A stretch of DNA of 64,000 bases from an uncultured Gammaproteobacteria bacterium. GTDB lineage: Bacteria > Patescibacteriota > Patescibacteriia > Veblenbacterales > UBA10138. Position 1 is the first letter of the stretch. Each line of letters begins with the position of its first letter. The stretch covers positions 239,463 to 303,462 of the forward strand of contig CAYGDX010000001.1 in the NCBI GenBank assembly GCA_964348825.1. Direction: 5' to 3'. Made by a program: the position numbers and the translations under genes. Below, in pieces: positions 9,496 to 21,100 of this stretch. Under the pieces are notes generated by a model that saw nothing but the letters and a program-made list of their open reading frames with translations, did no database searches and had not been told where the DNA came from.

Positions 9496-10572
9496 ATGAA
9501 AATTGTTATTTTAGCTGGTGGTGGTGGTACAAGGCTTTGGCCTTTGTCGCGAGTGGGCAGCCCCAAACAAGCCCAACCATTTTTAGACAGTCAAACATTA
9601 TTAGAACACACTTGGGCTAGGTTGCGTAATGGTTTTTCGGCATCTGATATTTTTGTCGCCACCACAGCCGCACAAGTTAAAATTATTAAGAAACAGTTGC
9701 CAGAGTTATTAAATGGCAATTTAATTATTGAGCCGATGGCGCGCAACACCGGACCAGCGGTAGCTCTGGCCACTTTGGTGATTAACCAATCGTATCCTGG
9801 TGAGGCAGTGGTAACGGTTAATAGTGATCATTATATTAAAAATGAAGACCAGTTTATAAAAGTTTTGAAAAATGGTGAAAAAGTAATAAGAAAAATATCT
9901 AATGAGTTGATTTTATTTGGCATCAAGCCATCTTACCCCGAAATTGGTTATGGTTATATTAAATTAAGTAAGTTAATTACGAAGTTGTCTAATCAATCAA
10001 TATATCAAGTAGGTGAGTTTGTCGAAAAGCCAAGAATAAACAAAGCCAAGCGATTGCTGGTAGGAGGTAGGCATTTATGGAATTCCGGTATGTTTTTGTT
10101 TTATCCCGAAATTTTATTTAAGCTACTTGAGGTTAATTGTCCTTTATTTTATAAAAATTTAAAGAAAATCAAATTGATTAAACAAAAAAATGGGGCATTT
10201 ACGGTATCGCCTAGTTCTTATTTAAAATTAGATAGTAAATCATTTGATTATTTACTAGTGGAGAAGTTAAAAAATTTAGCGGTAATGCCGATGAATATAG
10301 AATGGGCTGACGTTGGTCACTTCCGTACTATTTATGATATTTTGTCAGTCGGCAAGAATAGTAATGTAGTTAAGGGTAAAACTATTAGTTACAATTCGCG
10401 TGGTAACCTAATTTATTCTTTGTCTAATAAGTTAATCGCCACTGTGGGCGTTAATGATTTAGTAATTGTAGATACAGGTGATGCAATGTTGGTTTGTCAT
10501 AAAGATAAGACGCAGGAAGTTAAGCAGGTAGTGGAAGAGATAAAACGGCAAGGGCTTGGTAGGTATTTATAG
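9496..10572 (+). CDS. Sugar-1-phosphate nucleotidyltransferase (mannose-1-phosphate guanylyltransferase-like, lacking a cupin domain)
   Basis: N-terminal MKIVILAGGGGTRLWPLSR G-x-G-T-R-L nucleotidyltransferase motif. Length 358 aa. Confidence 0.8.
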   Translation: MKIVILAGGGGTRLWPLSRVGSPKQAQPFLDSQTLLEHTWARLRNGFSASDIFVATTAAQVKIIKKQLPELLNGNLIIEPMARNTGPAVALATLVINQSYPGEAVVTVNSDHYIKNEDQFIKVLKNGEKVIRKISNELILFGIKPSYPEIGYGYIKLSKLITKLSNQSIYQVGEFVEKPRINKAKRLLVGGRHLWNSGMFLFYPEILFKLLEVNCPLFYKNLKKIKLIKQKNGAFTVSPSSYLKLDSKSFDYLLVEKLKNLAVMPMNIEWADVGHFRTIYDILSVGKNSNVVKGKTISYNSRGNLIYSLSNKLIATVGVNDLVIVDTGDAMLVCHKDKTQEVKQVVEEIKRQGLGRYL

Positions 10573-10577
10573 TAGAT

Positions 10578-10778
10578 TGTCATTCCCGTGAATCCGCCAT
10601 CCGCCAACTGGTCGGAGGCGGAGGGAATCTAGAAACAAATCGTTTAAATCCTAAATCCGAATATTTAAATCCTAAATAAATCCCAATGACCAAAATCCAA
10701 AAAAGTTTAAAACATTTGAATTTAGAATTTTTGATTTATTTTGGATTTCGGATTTAGTGCTTAGGATTTAAAACAATT
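10578..10778. repeat. Composite intergenic repeat: TGTCATTCCCG-(inserted CCGCCATCCGCC..GGCGGAGG hairpin)-GGAATCTAGAA, then an AT-rich TTTGATTTATTTTGGATTTCGGATTTAGTGCTTAGGATTTAAAACAAT module ending at the mltG start
   Basis: Same family as 1003..1244, 43422..43483 and 51968..52147. Confidence 0.7.
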
Positions 10779-11798
10779 ATGTCTCATAAAATTATTTACA
10801 TATTAAAACGCCTAGTAATTATTTTAATACCTTTAGTTGCTATATTTACTCTTTGGCAATTTTTTTCGCCGGTAAGTAATTCAAATCAAGTAATAAATAT
10901 TCCAAATGGTGCTAGCGCTAAGCAAGTGGGGCAGATGCTCAAAGATAAAAATTTAATTCGTAGTGAATTTTGGTTTGAAGTGTGGGTGCGATTATCTGGC
11001 AACCAAAAGAATTTTGTAATGGGTGAGTATCTGATAGAACCAAAACAAAGTTTAGTAAATTTAATTTCTTATTTAACTGGTAGTGCTCAAGCGAACAACG
11101 AAGTAGTGGTAAAAATAATTGAAGGGTGGAGTTTGCGTGAGGTGGGGGAATACTTAAAAGCTAATAAAATTTTATCAGATGACTTCACTAAATTTATAAA
11201 GAATGAAAAATTATTTAATAATTTAGCGCCCCAAGAATTAAAAGAGTTGTTGGGTAATAAATTGCCAGCAACTTTAGAAGGATATTTATTTCCTGATACT
11301 TACCGTCTTTATAAAAATTCAAGCAGTGCTGAATTAATAAAAAAAATGTTGAATAATTTTGTTACCAAGTTTGATAAAAATTGGAAGGTTGAATTACAAA
11401 AAAATAATCACACCGTAAACGAGGCGGTAATTTTAGCCAGCATAGTGGAAAGGGAAGTGCGAGGTGATTCAGATAGAAGTATGGTAGCCGATATTTTTTG
11501 GCGGCGTTTAAAAATTGGCATGGCTTTGCAAGCTGACTCAACGGTTAATTATGTCACTGGTAAAAATACGCCACGCGCCTTACTCTCAGATTTAGAAATT
11601 AATTCACCTTACAACACTTACAAATGGCGCGGCCTGCCACCTGCTCCAATTAGCAACCCAAGTTCAAGTTCTATCAAGGCAACTGTGTATCCAAGTGCAA
11701 ATGATTTTTGGTATTTTTTAACCACCCCTGAGGGTAGGGTAATTTACTCTAAAACTTTTACTGAGCACGTTAAAGCTAAGAGGAAATATTACCTATAG
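10779..11798 (+). CDS. mltG: Endolytic murein transglycosylase MltG/YceG
   Basis: N-terminal TM helix and the YceG signature LEGYLFPDTY. Length 339 aa. Confidence 0.85.
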   Translation: MSHKIIYILKRLVIILIPLVAIFTLWQFFSPVSNSNQVINIPNGASAKQVGQMLKDKNLIRSEFWFEVWVRLSGNQKNFVMGEYLIEPKQSLVNLISYLTGSAQANNEVVVKIIEGWSLREVGEYLKANKILSDDFTKFIKNEKLFNNLAPQELKELLGNKLPATLEGYLFPDTYRLYKNSSSAELIKKMLNNFVTKFDKNWKVELQKNNHTVNEAVILASIVEREVRGDSDRSMVADIFWRRLKIGMALQADSTVNYVTGKNTPRALLSDLEINSPYNTYKWRGLPPAPISNPSSSSIKATVYPSANDFWYFLTTPEGRVIYSKTFTEHVKAKRKYYL

Positions 11799-11926
11799 TT
11801 TAGTTTGTAACATGCCAGATGACGGAGCAATTAGTTAATATTATTTATCAATCCGATAGTTATCCGATGTGGAGCCCATAGATTTTCCAATGATATTTCT
11901 CTGACACATTATGGGGGTGAACATCC

Positions 11927-11979
11927 CGCACCAGAGCACCAATTAGTGCAATCATAAATCAAATGGTGCTCTTGGTGCG
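11927..11979. other. Inverted repeat (15-bp arms CGCACCAGAGCACC / GGTGCTCTTGGTGCG, 24-nt spacer) downstream of mltG, with no T-tract
   Basis: Read directly. Lacks the U-run of an intrinsic terminator. Confidence 0.5.
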
Positions 11980-12055
11980 TGGATGGTATTGTATAGATTG
12001 AAATTTTAATAGTAGTTTTTTGTAAACTAGTGTCTATCCGATACTAGTTTTTTAG

Positions 12056-12084
12056 TTGACAGAATCGAAAATCTGTGCTAATAT
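12056..12084 (+). promoter_or_regulatory. Near-consensus sigma70-type promoter of the giant ORF (TTGACA-17 bp-TAATAT)
   Basis: TTGACA at 12056..12061, a 17-nt spacer, then TAATAT at 12079..12084. This lies about 75 nt upstream of the ATG at 12158. Confidence 0.7.
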
Positions 12085-12157
12085 ATAGATAACGATACAG
12101 TATCGGATAATATATCGGATACAAAATCGCCTAAAATAAACAAAAAAACAAAAATAT

Positions 12158-15100
12158 ATGAATCCAGTTGAACCTGGGAGTGTTGTAAAATCAACTTCCC
12201 AAGACAACTTAATAAGTACGCCTTCTGACCAAGAATTAATTTCTTTGGCTGAGGCCGCAAAGCTTACCCCATATAGTCAGGAGTATATTTCACTCTTGGC
12301 TAGACGGGGTAAGCTTTTAGCTTGGAAAAAAGGACGCAACTGGTGTACGACTCGCGAGGCGGTACAAAGTTATCTTGATAAACAAACTAAAGATGCTGCC
12401 GAAAAATTAGAACGTCATCAAGTTGTATTAGAATCATCTAAACCAGAAATCAAAGAAGTTAAACCCGGGATTATTTTGTCTCCAGAACAATTACTCCCAG
12501 TTGCAGAAATAAAAGTAGCAACTCCAATTGTTTCAGAAATTAAAGTTAGTCCCGAAATAAAACCAGAAGTGCCTGTGGTTATCCCAGTTGAAAAAGTTGC
12601 TACAGCAGAAAGTTCAGCGGTGCTTGCGGCGCGAGAAATTGCGAATGTGCTCGGAGAAACTTTGGGTGCTAGGTTTGATAGTATCAAACAAGAATTAAAA
12701 CAAGTGAACGAACAAGTAAGTAGATCAGTGCCGGCTTATGCTACACCAGTTCCGTCAGCGGTAGTTGTTAAACAAAATAAAATAAAATCGCACTGGTTTT
12801 ATTTGGCATTATTTTTAATTGCGGTGCCAGTAATTATTTTTAGTTTAACGCAAGGGTTGGCCGAAGATGCGCCAGGCAAACTTTTGGCGTCACTAAAAAA
12901 TGCTTGGACACTTGATGGCCACCGTGCTGGCACCGAAGCCAATGAAGTTTTAATTTTAAATGAAGCTGGAAATATTTCTATCAAAGGTCATATTGAAACT
13001 CAAGGTCAACTTCGCTCGTACGCGCGCGACGGCATCGCGCCAATCGTAGTTGACTCAACAACTAAAATTGAAAAATTAAATGCCGATGCAATTGATGGCT
13101 ATTCTAGTGAGCAATTTAATTTAGCCTTCATCACTAAGCAAGGTAATGTAACGAGTGATGATGTTTACTTAAAAGGTAAGGTAGAAGTTGGACAAATTTT
13201 AGAAGTGAAAGGAGCTACCAAACTTTTGGATGAGTTATTAGTTGGCGGAGGTTTAGGTGTGTGGGGTAAATCTTTTTTTCATAACGATGTGGCAGTGGAT
13301 GGTAAAGTTGATGTTAGTAAATCGCTGGCTGTAAAAAAAGATATTACCGCGGGTGGCAATGTAGTCGCTCAAAATAAAGTAGTGGCAGAAAAAGGTTTGG
13401 AAACTGGTGGTGATATAGTGACCAACAACAATGATATATTTTTGGGTAGCGGTACAATTATTAAAGAAGGTAAAGAATTAATTAAAAATTTAAATGCGGA
13501 GTATTGGAATGGGCAAGCCGCTTCAGATTTTAATTTGGATATGATTACCGACAACGGTGCGGTAACTGATAACCAAATTACTGTGGGTGGAATTAATTCT
13601 ACTGGTACATCTCGCTTCACTGGTCGCACTGAATTACTTGGTGAGACAGTAATTGGTAATTTAGAATCATTAACAGTAAACGGTAAAACTAATTTAAGAA
13701 ATACAGATGTTTCAGGAACTTTGGCGGTGGCTGGTCATGGTTTGTTTTCCAGTTTAGGTGTAGCGGGTAGTGCCGGCGTAATAAATTTATCTTCTAAAGA
13801 ATTTTCTACCACCAACGCTTCAATTGGTGGTAGCTCTAGTAATACTTTGGCGGTAGCGGCTTCATCAACTTTTTCTGGACCAATTAGTGCATCAAATAGT
13901 GTGAGTTTAACTTCAGCTACACCAGCTATTTCAACTAGCGCTGGTGATTTGGTTTTACAATCAAAAGGCGCAACGACTACCGCGAATGTACAAATTGGTG
14001 TGGGTGGCGATGGTTCAACTACGCCTGATCTTTTAGTGCTTGATGTAAAATCTGACGCTACTGATCCAACCGGTACCGATGGCGCAATGTACTACAATAC
14101 TTCAACTGATAAATTCCGTTGTTATGAAAATGCCGCTTGGACTGATTGTGTAGGTGCGGGTGGTGGCGGAGGCTCGACTTTGCAAGCCGCTTACGTTTCC
14201 GGTAATACAATAAGCACCACCACCGATGATGGTGATTTAGCTGTTACTTTGGCCGACACTACTACTGATCGAAATTTTACTGTGACAATTGCCGATGGTG
14301 CGACTGGCACGGTTTCTATTTCTCGAGCCGATGGTGCGGGCACAAGTGACCCATCTCAACTTTTGTTACTTGATAATTTAGATACTAATCGTTCTATAGC
14401 TGATGGTCTTAAAATTCAATCGGCCGCTGGTTTAATAGTTGACGGTATTGATGTATCAGATGCGGAACTTACCAATGCTCTTAATGTTGGTGATAATATT
14501 ATCGCCGGCACCACGGCTGAAATTAATTTTAGTAATTTTGATTTGGCAACTTCCGGTAATATTCAAGTGGCGGCGGGAGTGGGGCTTGATACTAATGGCG
14601 CCGGCAGTTTAACGCTCGGTGTTTCAAACGCCACCACGATTGATATCGCTGGTGGATCTTCTTCCACTGGCTGTACTATTACGAATGCGACTGGTAGTTT
14701 AGTATGTTCCGGAATAAATAGCACTCCAGTTGGGGCAACGTCACCAAGCACTGGTGCTTTTACAACTTTATCGTCAACTGGCGCTACTACTTTAGGAAAT
14801 AATTCTTCAACTGTTGCGGTTGATACTACATCTTGGGATATTTCTTCAGCCGGTGCAATTTCTGGTTTAACAGGATTAACTGTTGCTTCAGGTACGGTTT
14901 CATTGCCTAATGGACAAATCGATAATTCTGAATTAGCTAATTCAACTATTACTTTTGCTGGCGACACTGGTTCTTCAACTACCGCCTTAGGCGCAACTCG
15001 TACGATTGCTGGTGGTGGTGGTTTGACTTCAGCTGATAATAGTTCAGGAACTTTAACTTTAGCAGTTGGAGCTGGCACCGGTATTACTGTTAATGCTGAT

Positions 15101-18100
15101 GATTTAGCTGTTAATCAATCAACTGCTTTTGCTTGGACTGGTCAACAATCTTGGACTGCTACAGTTACAGCCACTGGCGCTTTAGGAGATTTTAATCCGA
15201 CTTTGGGCAATGATACAGATGTTGATACAGTAGCCGGCATTCAAATTGATGCTACTTCAGCTGCCACTGGCGACGCTGATAATTTTTATGGTTTAAATAT
15301 TACTTTGGCTTCAGCCGATGCGACAGTCAATGAGCGAGCAATTGAAATTGGTTCAGGTTGGGATTCAGCTTTATCTGTTGGCGGCTCTTCAATTATTAAT
15401 GGTTCAGGTGTTTTACAATCCGCTGGACTTTCTGGTACTTATTCAAATGCCTTAACTTTATCATCAGCTACTAATTCTATTACCGCTGGCACTTTAATTG
15501 TGGGAGCGGATACTGTAACTGATTTAACTGGTACAGGACTTCAAGTAGTGGCCAATGCTTTGCAAGCTACTTTGGGTACAGATATTACTTCATCTGAAAT
15601 TGCTGATGATAGTATTATGAATGTAGATATTAATTCAGCGGCCGCAATTGCTTTTTCCAAATTAGCCGCGCTGACCTCCGGCAACATTTTAGTGGGCAAC
15701 GGTTCTAATGTAGCAACTAGTGTAGCGATGAGCGGTGATGTGTTAATTTCCAATGCGGGTTTAACAACTATCCAACCTGATGCAGTGGTTTTGGCGACTG
15801 ATACTTCAGGCAGTTATATTGCTACCATTGCCGGAAGCACTCAAGTTGGCGTATCTGGTTCAGGTTTAGAAAATGCGGCAGTATCACTCTCTATTAATAA
15901 TGATTCAATTGGCGATACTCAATTAGCTTTTGATACAGGTCAAACTTTAACTACTACCGCTACGCCACAGTTTGCGCGACTTGGTGTGGGGGTAGCGGCC
16001 GACGCAACTAATATTTTAACTGCCACTTCTACTTCAACTACTGATTTAAGTAAGGTCTTAAATATTTCTCACACTGGCGCCATTACTGGCACTGGTTATG
16101 CTAGTTATTTTTCTAAAACTGGGGCATCCACCACTAATGTTGGTTTATATTCAACTGCTTCGGGTGCTAGTAATAATTACGCCGCGGTTTTTGAGGCGGG
16201 CAATGTTGGTATTGGTGATACAACTCCCAGTTCAAAATTAGAAATTGGCGATGGCACAGATTCATTACAAATTTCAACAGTTGGTGATTTAACTTTTGTG
16301 GATGCTGACGGCGCGGCTTCAATTACTGGTCCAGCCGGCGGCGCTTTAACTATCGCTAGTGGCGCTTCGCAGGCTTTAACTTTAACTGGTAACGCCGCTT
16401 CTATTTGGGATATTGGTGCTAATGTTTTATCTTTGCAAACTACTAACAATGGTGCGATTACTACTGGCACTGGACTTTTAACTTCGGGTGGTAATATAAC
16501 TTTTTCTGGAACTTCTGCGCGCACAATCACTGGACCAAATACTGGCGCCGCCGCGGCCTTAACTTTAACTACCACTGGCAATGGTTCAGGATTAAAATTA
16601 ACTAGCGCGGCTGGGGCCTCTGGCAATTCAGGCGCCATTACTTTGCAAAGTGGTGATACTGCTACTTCCGGAACTTCAGGTGCTATCACAATTGATTCTG
16701 GTGCTGGTGTAACTGCGAATGGTGTGATTACTATTGGTACGACCAACGCACCAACTACTACAATTGGTGGTTGTACTTTTGATCGTGTGGCTGGCAGTAT
16801 GAGTTGTTCGGGAGCAGTTGGTGGTGGTACTGGTACACAAGGTTATTGGAATCGTAGTGGTACAACTTTAAGTCCAGCTACTGCTGGTGATTCTGTTTCA
16901 ACTTCCGGTGCAATTTCTACCACTGGTACTGGCGCTGTTACTTCAGCTGGTACTTTAACTGCTTCAGCCGATTTCACTGCCAATGGTAATGTTCAATTGG
17001 GTGACAACACGGCTGATACTTTAACGATTTATCCAACCGCTTGGACTGCCACGCCAACTATTTCCGGACTTATCACAGCTACTTCTGGAATAACGTCTAA
17101 TGGTACGGCGACTTTTAATACTAACACTAATTTTACTCTAGCTGGTGCTGAAAATGTTTCTCTCACTAACACTACCGCTTCGGCTGATCAATTATCACTC
17201 GCTGTTTCCGGTGTGACCACTGATGCAGTGGATGGTTTAGCTATTGCCTTTACCCAAGCTGACGATGCTGATGCCGCTGATACTAATGCCGCACTTAATA
17301 TTAGTTTAACTTCTTCTTCCACTGACGCTGATACTTTGTATGGTATCAACTTGTCTAACATCACAGCTGGTACAGCAAATGAATACGCCATCAATATTGG
17401 TACAGGTTATGATCGAGGTATTAACTTAGGCGCTAACTCAATTGTTGGTTCAACTGGTATTATTGATTACACTAATTTTGATGTTGATGCTTCTGGCAAT
17501 GTTACTGTTGCCGGCGACTTGGCTGTTAATGGTGGCAATGTTAACTTTGGTGCTACCACTACAATTGGTGATGGTGGCGATGCTTTAACTATTGATTCTA
17601 ATGGAACTTTAACTATTAGTGACGCTACTGTTACTGGTTCCGGCGCTTTAACAGTTACACCAGCTGCGGCGTCCGCTTTGACTTTAGGTACCACTGGTGT
17701 GGGCAACACTACTTCTATTACTTTAGCCACTGACTCAACTGGTGATGCTGAAGTGGTTTTGCCAACTGGTTCGGTTTCTGGTACAGAAATTTTAGATGAC
17801 ACAGTTGTCCTCACTACTGACACAGCTGGTGATTATGTGGCTTCAATTACCGCTGGCGGTGGTTTAACCGGTACAACTTCAGGTGAAGGTTCAACTCCAA
17901 CTCTGGCGGTTGGTGCTGGCACTGGTATTACAGTTAATGCTGATGACGTGGCAATCAATCAAGACACTTCTTTTACTTGGACTAATTCTCACGCCTTTAC
18001 TCTAGCTGGTGCTGAAAATGTTTCTCTCACTAACACTACCGCTTCGGCTGATCAATTATCACTCGCTGTTTCCGGTGTGACCACTGATGCAGTGGATGGT

Positions 18101-21100
18101 TTAGCTATTGCCTTTACCCAAGCTGACGATGCTGATGCCGCTGATACTAATGCCGCACTTAATATTAGTTTAACTTCTTCTTCCACTGACGCTGATACTT
18201 TGTATGGTATCAACTTGTCTAACATCACAGCTGGTACAGCAAATGAATACGCCATCAATATTGGTACAGGTTATGATCGAGGTATTAACTTAGGCGCTAA
18301 CTCAATTGTTGGTTCAACTGGTATTATTGATTACACTAATTTTGATGTTGATGCTTCTGGCAATGTTGATGCCTTAGGTACTCTTACCGCAGGTTCCGCA
18401 AATGAAGTACTTACTTTATCAACTGGCAAAATTGATGCTGACGCTATTACTTTAGCTGCCTCTGGTACTACTGGTTCTACTTCAAGTCGTTCTGGACTTC
18501 AAACTAGTTCTGACGGTTTAACGCTTTTAATGGGTTGTGCTGATGGCCAACTTTTGGAGTGGACTGATGCTAGTGGTTGGGCTTGTGCGGCAGACGATAC
18601 TGGTAGTAGTGGAGCTAGCGTGGAAGAAGGTGACAGTGCGGCTGTGGCGGCTTTATCTGTTCTTGATTTCTTAGCCGCAGATTTTGTAGTATCAGAAAGT
18701 CCAGCCAATGAAGCTAATGTGAGTATTGATTATCCAAATTCTGGCATTACCCGCAAAGCTCAAGCTGAAACAATTTCTGGTGGTTGGACATTTAATACTG
18801 CCGCCACTACTTTCACCACCGCCATAAATGCTAATGGTGGTATTACCACTACCACCGCTGATCAAAATTTAGCTTTTTCAGCTAATGGCGGCGGCGATTT
18901 TGTTTTCAATGTTGATAGCGGTACTTTTGTTTCTATTACTGGAACAGCTGACGGTGAAAGCGCCTTAACCATTGCGGCTGGCAACCTTACTCTAACCGAT
19001 GGCGACCTAGCTGTTTCCGCTGGCGATTTCAACGTCAATCTCGACGACGGCGACACAGTTAATATCGATGGCGATGCCACACCAACCGCTGATTTATTAA
19101 AACTTGGCAATGGTGATACCTCCGCGACTGATGATGTTGATGCTTTGCAAATTACTTTTGCTACGAGTGGTGCCTCAGGTAATTTAATTGATCTTAGTCC
19201 AACTTTTGCGGATTCTGATGCTGGAAACTCAGCCGAAACTTGGAATGCTGTTAATGTTAATGCTTTTACCGTCACCCAAAATGATTCAGGTGGTGCCATC
19301 ACTGGTGTAGTCAATGGTTTTAATTTAGGCAACCTCACAGAATCTCCAACTGGTGATGATGCTATTACTTCTACGGCAATTAAACTTGGAACAGGTTGGG
19401 ATTATATTTTTGATACAGCTGGGTTTGATGTGTTAGGCGCTACTGGTGCTACCACTATTACTGGTAGTGGTGATGGTACTGACGCTTTAACTTTAACTGC
19501 TGGTGATATTTTAGTTACTAATGGTGACCTTGATTTATCAGGTGGCGATTTTAATGTTATTTTGGATGCGGGTGATGGCGTGAACATTACTAAAGGTGCC
19601 GCGCCAACTGTTGATGTATTTTCAATCAATGGCTCAACTTCAACTACTGATGGTGTGGACGGTTTGCAATTAACATTTGGTGTTTCCGCCGCTTCCGGCA
19701 ATGTGATTGATATTACGCCAAGTTATACTGATGCCACAGCTGGTGCTACTTCAGAGACATACAACATTATTGACGTCGATGCTTTTACCGCCACCCAAAA
19801 TGCCACTGGTGACACTGGTTTAATAAATGGTTTAGCGATTGGTGCCTTAACTCAAACTGAAACCGCTGGCGCTTTAACGGCTTATGCTTTAAATATTGGT
19901 TCTGGTTGGGATAGTGTTTTGCGGGTGAATGGTACGGAAGTTGTTGACGCTTCTGGTAACGTGCCGGTAGCTAGAATTAATGGCACCCTCTTTACAGTTC
20001 AAGGTGACAATGCCGCTGGTCGCGCTATAACTCAAGGCAATACTTTAACTATTGCTGGTGGTACTAATTTAACTAGTGTAGATGCCGATACAGATACTGT
20101 TACTATCAACCTTGATGATTCAATTACTCTAGCTGGTGACCTAACAGTGCAAGGTCAGAATGTTAATTTTGATAATGCCACTGATATTGATATTGATGAT
20201 AACACTGCTTCGTCATTTACCATTTCTGAGGGCGCTAATAATTATTTCTTAATTACCACTACTAATGATAGTGAAGTAGTAACTTTAAATTTACCAGCTG
20301 GCGGCGCTACTTCTTTAACTGGCAATCTTTTTACTTCTGACATTGTAAAAACTATTAATATTGGTACTGGCACGGCGGCTGACACTATTAATTTAGGTAC
20401 TGGTACTACTAATCCTGATGCTATAAATATTGGCACTACTGATACTGTTGCTCATGTGATAAGAATTGGTGATAATACTGGTGCCTCTTCTTCTGACATA
20501 GCTATTGCTGACGCACAATGGAGTATAACTACCGCCGGTCTCATCACCACGGCCGATAATTTAGCGGTGAATGGTGGAGATATAACAACAACTGCCACTG
20601 ATCCAAATATTTTTAATACTGGTACAATATCTACTATAGATATTGGCGCTACCGTAACTGGCAACATTACTTTTTCTAATGGCTCTGGTTCTAGTGGTTG
20701 TACTATTGATGGTTCTGGTAACTTAGCTTGTGCAGGTACTATCACTGGTTCAACTTCTGGCGCGCAAGGTTATTGGACTCGTACTAGCACAACATTATCT
20801 CCTACCAACGCCGGCGATAGTATTGATATGCCTTCCGGTACTGGTGTATTTACCCAAACTTACGCTCCAGCCGGCACTACCGTGGCCGCTACTGGTGCGA
20901 CTTTTATTCCAACGTTTGGTGTGCACGCGGATAATCAGACTTTGGTTGGTGTAGCAATTAATCCAGTTACGAATTCCAATGATGACACTGGTGATATTTT
21001 AAATGCTTTAAGTATTGGCACTATCAATGCCACCTTGGCAAGTGAGCGCGCCATTTATATTGGCACGAGTTATGATACTGATTTAGTGTTTGGCGATACT

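Larger units (their letters stand above)
11851..12122. promoter_or_regulatory. Array of five ATCCGATA / TATCGGATA motifs flanking the giant-gene promoter
   Basis: ATCCGATA at 11851 and 11862 (10-bp spacing) and at 12036. The inverted form TATCGGATA is at 12101 and 12113 (12-bp spacing). The two orientations converge on the promoter. Confidence 0.55.
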
